Source: Squalus acanthias (taxonomy: Eukaryota). Taken from it: a stretch of 64,000 nucleotides of DNA. Positions within the stretch are counted from its first letter, which is position 1. Every line of letters starts with the position of its first letter. Of this stretch, positions 45,401-60,400 are shown piece after piece. The stretch is taken from assembly GCA_030390025.1 (NCBI GenBank), contig CM059438.1:59460001-59524000 (forward strand), read 5' to 3'. The translations under genes and the position numbers were made by a program. The notes under the pieces were generated by a model. It was given only the letters and a program-made list of their open reading frames with translations, was not told the origin of the DNA and ran no database searches.

Positions 45401-48400
45401 ACTGTACCCCAGTGAGAGTCAGGGCCTGTGGAACTGTACCCCAGTGAGAGTCAGGGCCTGTGGAACTGTACCCCAGTGAGAGTCAGGGCCTGTGGAACTG
45501 TACCCCAGTGAGAGTCAGTGCCTGTGGAACTGTACCCCAGTGAGAGTCAGGGCCTGTGGAACTGTACCCCAGTGAGAGTCAGTGTCTCTGGAACTGTACC
45601 CCAGTGAGAGTCAGGGCCTGTGGAACTGTACCCCAGTGAGATTCAGCATGTGTGTAACTTTACCCCAGTGAGAGTCATGTCTGTGGTGTGGAACTGTACC
45701 CCAGTGACAGTCAGGGCCTGTGGAACTGTACCCCAGTGAGAGTCAGTGCCTGTGGAACTGTACACCAGTGAGATTCAGCGTGTGTGTAACTTTACCCCAG
45801 TGAGAGTCGTGCCTGTGGAACTGTACCCCAGTGACAGTCAGGGCCTGTGGAACTGTACCCCAGTGAGAGTCAGGGCCTGTGGAACTGTACCCCAGTGAGA
45901 GTCAGGGCCAGTGGAACTGTACCCCAGTGAGAGTCAGGGCCTGTGGAACTGTACCCCAGTGAGAGTCAGTGTCTGTGGAACTGTACCCCAGTGAGAGTCA
46001 GGGCCTGTGGAACTGTACCCCAGTGAGAGTCAGTGTCTCTGGAACTGTACCCCAGTGAGAGTCAGGGCCTGTGGAACTGTACCCCAGTGAGATTCAGCGT
46101 GTGTGTAACTTTACCCCAGTGAGAGTCGTGCCTGTGGTGTGGAACTGTACCCCAGTGAGAGTCAGTGCCTGCGGAACTGTACCCCAGTAAGGAGTCAGCA
46201 TCTGTGGAACTGTACCCCAGTGAGAGTCAGCATATGTGGAACTGTACCCCAGTAAGGAGTCAGCATCTGTGGAACTGAGCCCCAGTGTGAGTCAGTACCT
46301 GTGGAACTGTACCCCAGTGAGAGTCAGTGCCTGTGGAACTGTACCCCAGTGAATGTCAGTGTCTGTGGAACTGTACCCCAGTGAGAGTCAGTGTTTGTGG
46401 AACTGTACCCCAGTGAGAGTCAGTGTTTGTGGAACTCTACCCTCGTGAGAGTCAGTGTCTGTGGAACTGCACACCAGTGAGAGTCAGTGCCTGTGGAACT
46501 GTACCCCAGTGAGAGTCAGGGCCTGTGGAACTGTACCCCAGTGAGAGTTGGGGCCTGTGGAACTGTACCCCAGTGAGAGTCAGGGCATGTGGAACTGTAC
46601 CCCAGTGAGAGTCAGTGCCTGTGGAACTGTACCCCAGTGAGATTCAGCGTGTGTGGCACTTTACCCCAGTGAGAGTCGTGCCTGTGGAACTGTACTCCAG
46701 TGAGAGTCAGGGCCTGTGCAACTGTACCCCAGTGAGTGTCAGGGCCTGTGGAACTGTACCCCAGTGAGAGTCAGGGCCTGTGGAACTGTGCGCCAGTGAG
46801 TGTCAGTGTCTGTGGAACGGTACGCCAGTGAGAATCAGTGTTTGTGGAACTGTACCCCAGTGAGAGTCAGTGTCTGTGGAACTGTACCTCAGTGAGAGTC
46901 AGTGTCTGTGGAACTGTACCCCAGTGAGAGTCAGGGCCTGTGGAACTGTACCCCAGTGAGAGTCAGTGCCTGTTGAACAGTACCCCAGTGAGAGTCAGGG
47001 CCTGTGGAACTGTACCCCAGTGAGAGTCAGTGTCTGTGGAACAGTACCCCAGTGAGAATCAGTGTCTGTGGAACTGTACCCCAGTGAGAGTTAGTGTTTG
47101 TGGAACTGTACCCCAGTGAGAGTCAGGGCCTGTGGAACTGTACCCCAGTGAGAGTCGTGCCTCTGGAACTGCACCCCAGTGAGAGTCAGGGCCTGTGGAA
47201 CTGCACCCCAGTGAGAGTCAGGGCCTGTGGAACTGAACCCCAGTGAGAATCAGAGTCTGTGGAACTGTACCCCAGTGAGAGTCAGGGCCTGTGGAACTGT
47301 ACCCCAATGAGAGTCAGGGCCTGTGGAACTGTACCCCAATGAGAGTCAGTTTCTGTGGAACTGTACCCCAGTGAGAGTCAGGGACTGTGGAACTGTACCC
47401 CAGTGAGATTCAGCGTGTGTGGAACTTTACCCCAGTGAGAGTTGTGCCTGTGAAACTGTACCCCAGTGAGAGTCAGGGCCTGTGGAACTGTACCCCAGTG
47501 AGAGTCAGTGTTTGTGGAACTGTACCCTAGTGAGAGTCAGTGTCTGTGGAACTGCACACCAGAGTCAGTGCCTGTGGAACTGTACCCCAGTGAGAGTCAG
47601 TGTCTGTTCAACTGCACCCCAGTGAGTCAGTGCCTGTGGAACTGTACCCCAGTGAGAGTCAGTGCCTGTGGAACTGTACCCCAGTGAGAGTCAGTGTCTG
47701 TGCAACTGCACCCCAGTGAGTCAGTGACTGTGGAACTGTACCCCAGTGAGAGTCAGTGTCTGTGGAACTGTACCCCAGTGAGATTCAGCGTGTGTGGCAC
47801 TTTACCCCAGTGAGAGTCGTGCCTGTGGAACTGTACCCCAGTGACAGTCAGGGCCTGTGGAACTGTAGCCCAGTGAGAGTTAGGGCCTGTGGAACTGTAC
47901 CCCAGTGAGAGTCAGGGCCTGCGGAACTGTACCCCAGTGAGAGTCAGTGCCTGCGGAACTGTACCCCAGTGAGAGTCAGTGCCTGCGGAACTGTACCCTA
48001 GAAAGGAGTCAGCATCTGTGGAACTGTACCCCAGTGAGAGTCAGCATATGTGGAACTGTACCCCAGGAAGGAGTCAGCATCTGTGCAACTGAGCCCCAGT
48101 GAGAGTCAGTGCCTGTGGAACTGTACCCCAGTGAGAGTCAGTGCCTGCGGAACTGTACCCCAGTGAGAGTCAGTGCCTGCGGAACTGTACCCCAGTAAGG
48201 AGTCAGCATCTGTGGAACTGAACCCTAGTGAGAGTCAGTGTCTGTGGAACTGCACACCAGAGAGAGTCAGTGTCTGTGGAACTGTACCCCAGTGAGAGTC
48301 AGTGTCTGTGCAACTGCACCCCAGTGAGTCAGTGCCTGTGGAACTGTACCCCAGTGAGAGTCAGTGCCTGTGGAACTGTACCCCAGTGAGAGTCAGTGTC

Positions 48401-51400
48401 TGTGCAACTGCACCCCAGTGAGTCAGTGCCTGTGGAACTGTACCCCAGTGAGAGACAGTGTCTGTGGAACTGTACCCCAGTGAGATTCAGCGTGTGTGTA
48501 ACTTTACCCCAGTGAGAGTCGTGCCTGTGGAACTGTACCCCAGTGACAGTCAGGGCCTGTGGAACTGTACCCCAGTGAGAGTCAGGGCCTGTTGAACTGT
48601 ACCCCAGTGAGGAGTCCGCATCTGTGGAACTGAACCCCAGTGAGAGTCAGTACCTGTGGAACTGTACCCCAGTGAGAGTCAGGGCCTGTTGAACTGTACC
48701 CCAGTGAGATTCAGCGTGTGTGTAACTTTACCCCAGTGAGAGTCGTGCCTGTGGAACTGTACCCCAGTGACAGTCAAGGGCCTGTGGAACTGTACCCCAG
48801 TGAGAGTCAGGGCTTGTGGAACTGTACCCCAGTGAGAGTCAGGGCCTGTGGAACTGAACCCCAGTGAGAGTGAGGGCCTGTGGAACAGTACCCCAGTGAG
48901 AGTCAGGGCCTGTGGAACTGTACCCCAGTGAGAGTCAGGGCCTGTGGAACTGTACCCCAGTGAGAGTCAGTGTCTCTGGAACCGTACCCCAGTGAGAGTC
49001 AGGGCCTGTGGAACTGTACCCCTGTGAGATTCAGCGTGTGTGTAACTTTACCCCAGTGAGAGTCGTGCCTGTGGAACTGTACCCCAGTGAGAGTCAGGGC
49101 CTGTGGAACTGCACCCCAGTGAGAGTCAGGGCCTGTGGAACTGTACCCCAGTGAGAGTCAGGGCCTGTGGAACAGTACCCCAGTGAGAGTCAGGGCCTGT
49201 GGAACTGTACCCCAGTGAGAGTCAGTGCCTGCGGAACTGTACCCCAGTGAGAGTCAGTGCCTGCGAAACTGTACCCCAGTAAGGAGTCAGCATCTGTGGA
49301 ACTGTCCCCCAGTGAGAGTCAGCATATGTGGAACTGTTCCCCAGTAAGGAGTCAGCATCTGTGGAACTGTACCCCAGTAAGGAGTCCGCATCTGTGGAAC
49401 TGAACCCCAGTGAGAGTCAGGGCCTGTGGAACTGTACCCCAGTGAGAGTCAGTGTCTCTGGAACTGTACCCCAGTGAGAGTCAGGGCCTGTAGAACTGTA
49501 CCCCAGTGAGATTCAGCGTGTGTGTAACTTTACCCCAGTGAGAGTCGTGCCTGTGGAACTGTACCCCAGTGACAGTCAGGGCCTGTGGAACTGTAGCCCA
49601 GTGAGAGTCAGGACCTGTGGAACTGTACCCCAGTGAGAGTCAGTGCCTGCGGAACTGTACCCCAGTGAGAGTCAGTGCCTGCGGAACTGTACCCCAGTGA
49701 GAGTCAGGGCCTGTGGAACTGTACCCCAGTGAGATTCAGCGTGTGTGTAACTTTACCCAGTGAGAGTCGTGCCTGTGGAACTGTACCCCAGTGACAGTCA
49801 GGGCCTGTGGAACTGTACCCCAGTGAGAGTCAGGGCCTGTTGAACTTTACCCCAGTGAGAGTCAGGTGTGTGGAACTTTACCCCAGTGAGAGTCAGTGTC
49901 CTGTGGAACTGTACGCCAGTGAGAGTCAGTGCCCCTGCGGAACTGTACCCCAGTGAGAGTCAGTGCCTGCGGAACTGTACCCTAGAAAGGAGTCAGCATC
50001 TGTGGAACTGTACCCCAGTGAGAGTCAGCATATGTGGAACTGTACCCCAGGAAGGAGTCAGCATCTGTGCAACTGAGCCCCAGTGAGAGTCAGTGCCTGT
50101 GGAACTGTACCCCAGTGAGAGTCAGTGCCTGCGGAACTGTACCCCAGTGAGAGTCAGTGCCTGCGGAACTGTACCCCAGTAAGGAGTCAGCATCTGTGGA
50201 ACTGAACCCTAGTGAGAGTCAGTGTCTGTGGAACTGCACACCAGAGAGAGTCAGTGTCTGTGGAACTGTACCCCAGTGAGAGTCAGTGTCTGTGCAACTG
50301 CACCCCAGTGAGTCAGTGCCTGTGGAACTGTACCCCAGTGAGAGTCAGTGCCTGTGGAACTGTACCCCAGTGAGAGTCAGTGCCTGTGGAACTGTACCCC
50401 AGTGAGAGTCAGGCCTGTGGAACTGTACCCCAGTGAGAGTCAGGTCTGTGGAACTGTACCCCAGTGAGAGTCAGTGCCTGTGGAACTGTACCCCAGTGAG
50501 AGTCAGTGCCTGTGGAACTGTACCCCAGTGAGAGTCAGGGCCTGTGGAACTGTACCCCAGTGAGAGTCAGTGCCTGTGGAACTGTACCCAGTGAGAGTCA
50601 GGCCTGTGGAACTGTACCCAGTGAGAGTCAGTGTCTGTGGAACTGTACCCCAGTGAGAGTCAGTGCCTGTGGAACTGTACCCCAGTGAGAGTCAGTGCCT
50701 GTGGAACTGTACCCCAGTGAGAGTCAGTGCTGTGGAACTGTACCCCAGTGAGAGTCGTGCCTGTGAACTGTACCCCAGTGAGAGTCAGGGCCTGTGGAAC
50801 TGTACCCCAGTGAGAGTCAGGGCCTGTGGAACTGTACCCCAGTGAGAGTCAGGGCCTGTGGAACTGAACCCCAGTGAGAGTCAGGGCCTGTGGAACTGTA
50901 CCCCAGTGAGAGTCAGTGTCTGTGGAACTGTACCCCAGTGAGAGTCAGGGCCTGTGGAACTGTACCCCAGTGAGAGTCAGTGTCTGTGGAACTGTACCCC
51001 AGTGAGAGTCAGGGCCTGTGGAACTGTATCCCAGTGAGATTCAGCATGTGTGTAACTTAACCCCAGTGAGAGTCAGTGCCTGTGGAACTGTACCCCAGTG
51101 AGAGTCAGGGCCTGTGGAACTGTACCCCAGTGAGAGTCAGTGCCTGCGGAACTGTACCCCAGTGAGAGTCAGTGCCTGCGGAATTGTACCCCAGTAAGGA
51201 GTCAGCATCTGTGGAACTGTCCCCCAGTGAGAGTCAGCATATGTGGAACTGTTCCCCAGTAAGGAGTCAGCATCTGTGGAACTGTACCCCAGTAAGGAGT
51301 CCGCATCTGTGGAACTGAACCCCAGTGAGAGTCAGTACCTGTGGAACTGTACCCCAGTGAGACTCAGGGCCTGTGGAACTGTACCCCAGTGAGATTCAGC

Positions 51401-54400
51401 GTGTGTGTAACTTTACCCCAGTGAGAGTCGTGCCTGTGGAACTGTACCCCAGTGACAGTCAGGGCCTGTGGAACTGTACCCCAGTGAGAGTCAGGGCCTG
51501 TGGAACTGTACCCCAGTGAGAGTCAGGGCCTGTGGAACTGTACCCCAGTGAGAGTCAGGGCCTGTGGAACTGTACCCCAGTGAGAGTCAGTGCCTGTGGA
51601 ACTGTACCCCAGTGAGAGTCAGGGCCTGTGGAACTGTACCCCAGTGAGAGTCAGTGTCTCTGGAACTGTACCCCAGTGAGAGTCAGGGCCTGTGGAACTG
51701 TACCCCAGTGAGATTCAGCATGTGTGTAACTTTACCCCAGTGAGAGTCGTGTGTGGAACTGTACCCCAGTGACAGTCAGGGCCTGTGGAACTGTACCCCA
51801 GTGAGAGTCAGGGCCTGTGGAACTGTACCCCAGTGAGATTCAGCGTGTGTGTAACTTTACCCCAGTGAGAGTCGTGCCTGTGGAACTGTACCCCAGTGAC
51901 AGTCAGGGCCTGTGGAACTGTACCCCAGTGAGAGTCAGGGCCTGTGGAACTGTACCCCAGTGAGAGTCAGGGCCTGTGGAACTGTACCCCAGTGAGAGTC
52001 AGGGCCTGTGGAACTGTACCCCAGTGAGAGTCAGTGTCTGTGGAACTGTACCCCAGTGAGAGTCAGGGCCTGTGGAACTGTACCCCAGTGAGAGTCAGTG
52101 TCTCTGGAACTGTACCCCAGTGAGAGTCAGGGCCTGTGGAACTGTACCCCAGTGAGATTCAGCGTGTGTGTAACTTTACCCCAGTGAGAGTCGTGCCTGT
52201 GGTGTGGAACTGTACCCCAGTGAGAGTCAGTGCCTGCGGAACTGTACCCCAGTAAGGAGTCAGCATCTGTGGAACTGTACCCCAGTGAGAGTCAGCATAT
52301 GTGGAACTGTACCCCAGTAAGGAGTCAGCATCTGTGGAACTGAGCCCCAGTGTGAGTCAGTACCTGTGGAACTGTACCCCAGTGAGAGTCAGTGCCTGTG
52401 GAACTATACACCAGTGAATGTCAGTGTCTGTGGAACTGTACCCCAGTGAGAGTCAGTGTTTGTGGAACTGTACCCCAGTGAGAGTCAGTGCCTGTGGAAC
52501 TCTACCCTAGTGAGAGTCAGTGTCTGTGGAACTGCACACCAGTGAGAGTCAGTGCCTGTGGAACTGTACCCCAGTGAGAGTCAGGGCCTGTGGAACTGTA
52601 CCCCAGTGAGAGTCAGGGCCTGTGGAACTGTACCCCAGTGAGAGTCAGGGCCTGTGGAACTGTACCCCAGTGAGAGTCAGTGCCTGTGGAACTGTACCCC
52701 AGTGAGATTCAGCGTGTGTGGAACTTTACCCAGTGAGAGTCGTGCCTGTGGAACTGTACCCCAGTGAGAGTCAGGGCCTGTGGAACTGTACCCCAGTGAG
52801 AGTCAGGGCCTGTGGAACTGTACCCCAGTGAGAGTCAGGCCTGTGGAACTGTACCCCAGTGAGAGTCAGCTTCTGTGGAACTGTACCCCAGTGAAGGATT
52901 CCGAGTCTGTGGAACTGAACCCCAGTGAGAGTCAGTGTCTGTGGAACTGTACCCCAGTGAGAGTCAGGGCTGTGGAACTGTACCCAGTGAGAGTCAGGGC
53001 TGTTGAACTGTACCCCAGTGAGAGTCAGTGCCTCTGTGAACTGAACCCCAGTGAGAGTCAGGGCCTGTGGAACTGTACCCCAGTGAGAGTCAGTGCCTGT
53101 GGAACTGTACCCCAGTGAGAGTCAGGGCCTGTGGAACTGTACCCCAGTTAGAGTCAGTGTCTGTGGAACTGTACCCCAGTGAGAGTCAGGGCCTGTGGAA
53201 CTTTATCCCAATGAGATTCAGCGTGTGTGTAACATTACCCAGTGAGAGTCGTGCGTGTGGAACTGTACCCCAGTGAGAGTCAGGGCCTGTGGAACTGTAC
53301 TCCAGTGAGAGTCAGGGCCTGTGGAACTGTACCCCTGTGAGAGTCAGTGCCTGCGGAACTGTACCCCAGTGAGAGTCAGTGTCTGTTCAACTGCACCCCA
53401 GTGAGTCAGTGCCTGTGGAACTGTACCCCAGTGAGAGTCAGTGCCTGTGGAACTGTACCCCAGTGAGAGTCAGTGTCTGTGCAACTGCACCCCAGTGAGT
53501 CAGTGCCTGTGGAACTGTACCCCAGTGAGAGTCAGTGTCTGTGGAACTGTACCCCAGTGAGATTCAGCGTGTGTGGCACTTTACCCCAGTGAGAGTCGTG
53601 CCTGTGGAACTGTACCCCAGTGAGAGTCAGTGTCTGTGGAACTGTACCCCAGTGAGATTCAGCGTGTGTGGCACTTTACCCCAGTGAGAGTCGTGCCTGT
53701 GGAACTGCACCCCAGTGAGAGTCAGGGCCTGTGGAACTGTACCCCAGTGAGAGTCAGTGTCTGTGGAACTGTACCCCAGTGAGAGTCAGCATATGTGGAA
53801 CTGTACCCCAGTGAGAGTCAGGGCCTGTGGAACTGTACCCCAGTGAGAGTCAGTGTCCTGTGGAACTGTACCCCAGTGAGAGTCAGGGCCTGTGGAACTG
53901 TACACCAGTGAGATTCAGCGTGTGTGTAACTTTACCCCAGTGAGAGTCGTGCCTGTGGAACTGTACCCCAGTGACAGTCAGGGCCTGTGGAACTGTACCC
54001 CAGTGAGAGTCAGGGCCTGTGGAACTGTACCCCAGTGAGAGTCAGGGCCAGTGGAACTGTACCCCAGTGAGAGTCAGGGCCTGTGGAACTGTACCCCAGT
54101 GAGAGTCAGTGTCTGTGGAACTGTACCCCAGTGAGAGTCAGGGCCTGTGGAACTGTACCCCAGTGAGAGTCAGTGTCTCTGGAACTGTACCCCAGTGAGA
54201 GTCAGGGCCTGTGGAACTGTACCCCAGTGAGATTCAGCGTGTGTGTAACTTTACCCCAGTGAGAGTCGTGCCTGTGGTGTGGAACTGTACCCCAGTGAGA
54301 GTCAGTGCCTGCGGAACTGTACCCCAGTAAGGAGTCAGCATCTGTGGAACTGTACCCCAGTGAGAGTCAGGCATATGTGGAACTGTACCCCAGTAAGGAG

Positions 54401-57400
54401 TCAGCATCTGTGGAACTGAGCCCCAGTGTGAGTCAGTACCTGTGGAACTGTACCCCAGTGAGAGTCAGTGCCTGTGGAACTGTACCCCAGTGAATGTCAG
54501 TGTCTGTGGAACTGTACCCCAGTGAGAGTCAGTGTTTGTGGAACTGTACCCCAGTGAGAGTCAGTGTTGTGGAACTCTACCCTAGTGAGAGTCAGTGTCT
54601 GTGGAACTGCACACCAGTGAGAGTCAGTGCCTGTGGAACTGTACCCCAGTGAGAGTCAGGGCCTGTGGAACTGTACCCCAGTGAGAGTCAGGGCCTGTGG
54701 AACTGTACCCCAGTGAGAGTCAGGGCATGTGGAACTGTACCCCAGTGAGAGTCAGTGCCTGTGGAACTGTACCCCAGTGAGAGTCAGCGTGTGTGGCACT
54801 TTACCCCAGTGAGAGTCGTGCCTGTGGAACTGTACTCCCAGTGAGAGTCAGGGCCTGTGCAACTGTACCCCAGTGAGAGTCAGGGCCTGTGGAACTGTAC
54901 CCCAGTGAGAGTCAGGGCCTGTGGAACTGTACCCCAGTGAGAGTCAGCGTCTGTGGAACTGTACCCAGTGAGAGTCAGTGCTGTGGAACTGTACCCCAGT
55001 GAGAGTCAGTGCCTGTGGAACTGTACCCCAGTGAGAGTCAGGGCCTGTGGAACTGTACCCCAGTGAGAGTCAGGGCCTGTGGAACTGTACCCCAGTGAGA
55101 GTCAGTGTCTGTGGAACTGTACCCCAGTGAGAGTCAGTGCCTGTGGAACTGTACCCCAGTGAGAGTCAGGGCTGTGGAACTGTACCCCAGTGAGAGTCAG
55201 TGTCTCTGGAACTGTACCCCAGTGAGAGTCAGGGCCTGTGGAACTGTACCCCAGTGAGATTCAGCATGTGTGTAACTTTACCCCAGTGAGAGTCATGTCT
55301 GTGGTGTGGAACTGTACCCCAGTGACAGTCAGGGCCTGTGGAACTGTACCCCAGTGAGAGTCAGTGCCTGTGGAACTGTACACCAGTGAGATTCAGCGTG
55401 TGTGTAACTTTACCCCAGTGAGAGTCGTGCCTGTGGAACTGTACCCCAGTGACAGTCAGGGCCTGTGGAACTGTACCCCAGTGAGAGTCAGGGCCTGTGG
55501 AACTGTACCCCAGTGAGAGTCAGGGCCAGTGGAACTGTACCCCAGTGAGAGTCAGGGCCTGTGGAACTGTACCCCAGTGAGAGTCAGTGTCTGTGGAACT
55601 GTACCCCAGTGAGAGTCAGGGCCTGTGGAACTGTACCCCAGTGAGAGTCAGTGTCTCTGGAACTGTACCCCAGTGAGAGTCAGGGCCTGTGGAACTGTAC
55701 CCCAGTGAGATTCAGCGTGTGTGTAACTTTACCCCAGTGAGAGTCGTGCCTGTGGTGTGGAACTGTACCCCAGTGAGAGTCAGTGCCTGCGGAACTGTAC
55801 CCCAGTAAGGAGTCAGCATCTGTGGAACTGTACCCCAGTGAGAGTCAGCATATGTGGAACTGTACCCCAGTAAGGAGTCAGCATCTGTGGAACTGAGCCC
55901 CAGTGTGAGTCAGTACCTGTGGAACTGTACCCCAGTGAGAGTCAGTGCCTGTGGAACTGTACCCCAGTGAATGTCAGTGTCTGTGGAACTGTACCCCAGT
56001 GAGAGTCAGTGTTTGTGGAACTGTACCCCAGTGAGAGTCAGTGTTTGTGGAACTCTACCCTAGTGAGAGTCAGTGTCTGTGGAACTGCACACCAGTGAGA
56101 GTCAGTGCCTGTGGAACTGTACCCCAGTGAGAGTCAGGGCCTGTGGAACTGTACCCCAGTGAGAGTCAGGGCCTGTGGAACTGTACCCCAGTGAGAGTCA
56201 GGGCATGTGGAACTGTACCCCAGTGAGAGTCAGTGCCTGTGGAACTGTACCCCAGTGAGATTCAGCGTGTGTGGCACTTTACCCCAGTGAGAGTCGTGCC
56301 TGTGGAACTGTACTCCAGTGAGAGTCAGGGCCTGTGCAACTGTACCCCAGTGAGAGTCAGGGCCTGTGGAACTGTACCCCAGTGAGAGTCAGGGCCTGTG
56401 GAACTGTGCGCCAGTGAGTGTCAGTGTCTGTGGAACGGTACGCCAGTGAGAATCAGTGTTTGTGGAACTGTACCCCAGTGAGAGTCAGTGTCTGTGGAAC
56501 TGTACCTCAGTGAGAGTCAGGGCCTGTGGAACTGTACCCCAGTGAGAGTCAGGGCCTGTGGAACTGTACCCCAGTGGGAGTCAGTGTCTGTGGAACTGTA
56601 CCCCAGTGAGAGTCAGGGCCTGTGGAACTGTACCCCAGTGAGAGTCAGTGCCTGTTGAACAGTACCCCAGTGAGAGTCAGGGCCTGTGGAACTGTACCCC
56701 AGTGAGAGTCAGTGTCTGTGGAACAGTACCCCAGTGAGAATCAGTGTCTGTGGAACTGTACCCCAGTGAGAGTTAGTGTTTGTGGAACTGTACCCCAGTG
56801 AGAGTCAGGGCCTGTGGAACTGTACCCCAGTGAGAGTCGTGCCTCTGGAACTGCACCCCAGTGAGAGTCAGGGCCTGTGCAACTGCACACCAGAGTCAGT
56901 GCCTGTGGAACTGTACCCCAGTGAGAGTCAGTGTCTGTTCAACTGCACCCCAGTGAGTCAGTGCCTGTGGAACTGTACCCCAGTGAGAGTCAGTGCCTGT
57001 GGAACTGTACCCCAGTGAGAGTCAGTGTCTGTGCAACTGCACCCCAGTGAGTCAGTGCCTGTGGAACTGTACCCCAGTGAGAGTCAGTGTCTGTGGAACT
57101 GTACCCCAGTGAGATTCAGCGTGTGTGGCACTTTACCCCAGTGAGAGTCGTGCCTGTGGAACTGTACCCCAGTGAGAGTCAGTGTCTGTGGAACTGTACC
57201 CCAGTGAGATTCAGCGTGTGTGGCACTTTACCCCAGTGAGAGTCGTGCCTGTGGAACTGCACCCCAGTGAGAGTCATGGCCTGTGGAACTGTACCCCAGT
57301 GAGAGTCAGTGTCTGTGGAACTGTACCCCAGTGAGAGTCAGCATATGTGGAACTGTACCCCAGTGAGAGTCAGGGCCTGTGGAACTGTACCCCAGTGAGA

Positions 57401-60400
57401 GTCAGTGTCTCTGGAACTGTACCCCAGTGAGAGTCAGGGCCTGTGGAACTGTACACCAGTGAGATTCAGCGTGTGTGTAACTTTACCCCAGTGAGAGTCG
57501 TGCCTGTGGAACTGTACCCCAGTGACAGTCAGGGCCTGTGGAACTGTACCCCAGTGAGAGTCAGGGCCTGTGGAACTGTACCCCAGTGAGAGTCAGGGCC
57601 AGTGGAACTGTACCCCAGTGAGAGTCAGGGCCTGTGGAACTGTACCCCAGTGAGAGTCAGTGTCTGTGGAACTGTACCCCAGTGAGAGTCAGGGCCTGTG
57701 GAACTGTACCCCAGTGAGAGTCAGTGTCTCTGGAACTGTACCCCAGTGAGAGTCAGGGCCTGTGGAACTGTACCCCAGTGAGATTCAGCGTGTGTGTAAC
57801 TTTACCCCAGTGAGAGTCGTGCCTGTGGTGTGGAACTGTACCCCAGTGAGAGTCAGTGCCTGCGGAACTGTACCCCAGTAAGGAGTCAGCATCTGTGGAA
57901 CTGTACCCCAGTGAGAGTCAGCATATGTGGAACTGTACCCCAGTAAGGAGTCAGCATCTGTGGAACTGAGCCCCAGTGTGAGTCAGTACCTGTGGAACTG
58001 TACCCCAGTGAGAGTCAGTGCCTGTGGAACTGTACCCCAGTGAATGTCAGTGTCTGTGGAACTGTACCCCAGTGAGAGTCAGTGTTTGTGGAACTGTACC
58101 CCAGTGAGAGTCAGTGTTTGTGGAACTCTACCCTCGTGAGAGTCAGTGTCTGTGGAACTGCACACCAGTGAGAGTCAGTGCCTGTGGAACTGTACCCCAG
58201 TGAGAGTCAGGGCCTGTGGAACTGTACCCCAGTGAGAGTCAGGGCCTGTGGAACTGTACCCCAGTGAGAGTCAGGGCATGTGGAACTGTACCCCAGTGAG
58301 AGTCAGTGCCTGTGGAACTGTACCCCAGTGAGATTCAGCGTGTGTGGCACTTTACCCCAGTGAGAGTCGTGCCTGTGGAACTGTACTCCAGTGAGAGTCA
58401 GGGCCTGTGCAACTGTACCCCAGTGAGAGTCAGGGCCTGTGGAACTGTACCCCAGTGAGAGTCAGGGCCTGTGGAACTGTGCGCCAGTGAGTGTCAGTGT
58501 CTGTGGAACGGTACGCCAGTGAGAATCAGTGTTTGTGGAACTGTACCCCAGTGAGAGTCAGTGTCTGTGGAACTGTACCTCAGTGAGAGTCAGGGCCTGT
58601 GGAACTGTACCCCAGTGAGAGTCAGGGCCTGTGGAACTGTACCCCAGTGGGAGTCAGTGTCTGTGGAACTGTACCCCAGTGAGAGTCAGGGCCTGTGGAA
58701 CTGTACCCCAGTGAGAGTCAGTGCCTGTTGAACAGTACCCCAGTGAGAGTCAGGGCCTGTGGAACTGTACCCCAGTGAGAGTCAGTGTCTGTGGAACAGT
58801 ACCCCAGTGAGAATCAGTGTCTGTGGAACTGTACCCCAGTGAGAGTTAGTGTTTGTGGAACTGTACCCCAGTGAGAGTCAGGGCCTGTGGAACTGTACCC
58901 CAGTGAGAGTCGTGCCTCTGGAACTGCACCCCAGTGAGAGTCAGGGCCTGTGGAACTGCACACCAGAGTCAGTGCCTGTGGAACTGTACCCCAGTGAGAG
59001 TCAGTGTCTGTTCAACTGCACCCCAGTGAGTCAGTGCCTGTGGAACTGTACCCCAGTGAGAGTCAGTGCCTGTGGAACTGTACCCCAGTGAGAGTCAGTG
59101 TCTGTGCAACTGCACCCCAGTGAGTCAGTGCCTGTGGAACTGTACCCCAGTGAGAGTCAGTGTCTGTGGAACTGTACCCCAGTGAGATTCAGCGTGTGTG
59201 GCACTTTACCCCAGTGAGAGTCGTGCCTGTGGAACTGTACCCCAGTGAGAGTCAGTGTCTGTGGAACTGTACCCCAGTGAGATTCAGCGTGTGTGGCACT
59301 TTACCCCAGTGAGAGTCGTGCCTGTGGAACTGCACCCCAGTGAGAGTCATGGCCTGTGGAACTGTACCCCAGTGAGAGTCAGTGTCTGTGGAACTGTACC
59401 CCAGTGAGAGTCAGCATATGTGGAACTGTACCCCAGTAAGGATTCCGCAGCTGTGGAACTGAACCCCAGTGAGAGTCAGTACCTGTGGAACTGTACCCCA
59501 GTGAGAGTCAGTGTCTGTGGAACTGTACCCCAGTGAGAGTCAGGGCCTGTTGAACTGTACCCCAGTGAGAGTCAGGGCCTCTGGAACTGAACCCCAGTGA
59601 GAGTCAGGGCCTGTGGAACTGTACCCCAGTGAGAGTCAGTGTCTGTGGAACTGTACCCCAGTGAGAGTCAGGGTCTGTGGAACTGTACCCCAGTGAGAGT
59701 CAGTGTCTGTGGAACTTTACCCCAGTGAGAGTCAGGGCCTGTGGAACTGTATCCCAGTGAGATTCAGCATGTGTGTAACTTAACCCCAGTGAGAGTCATG
59801 CCTGTGGAACTGTACCCCAGTGAGAGTCAGGGTCTGTGGAACTGTACCCCAGTGAGAGTCAGTGCCTGCGGAACTGTACCCCAGTGAGAGTCAGTGCCTG
59901 CGGAATTGTACCCCAGTAAGGAGTCAGCATCTGTGGAACTGTCCCCCAGTGAGAGTCAGCATATGTGGAACTGTTCCCCAGTAAGGAGTCAGCATCTGTG
60001 GAACTGTACCCCAGTAAGGAGTCCGCATCTGTGGAACTGAACCCCAGTGAGAGTCAGTACCTGTGGAACTGTACCCCAGTGAGACTCAGGGCCTGTGGAA
60101 ATGTACCCCAGTGAGATTCAGCGTGTGTGTAACTTTACCGCAGTGAGAGTCGTGCCTGTGGAACTGTACCCCAGTGACAGTCAGGGCCTGTGGAACTGTA
60201 CCCCAGTGAGAGTCAGGGCCTGTGGAACTGTACCCCAGTGAGAGTCAGGGCCTGTGGAACTGTACCCCAGTGAGATTCAGCGTGTGTGGAACTTTACCCC
60301 AGTGAGAGTTGTGCCTGTGAAACTGTACCCCAGTGAGAGTCAGGGCCTGTGGAACTGTACCCCAGTGAGAGTCAGTGTCTTTAGAACTGTACGCCAGTGA

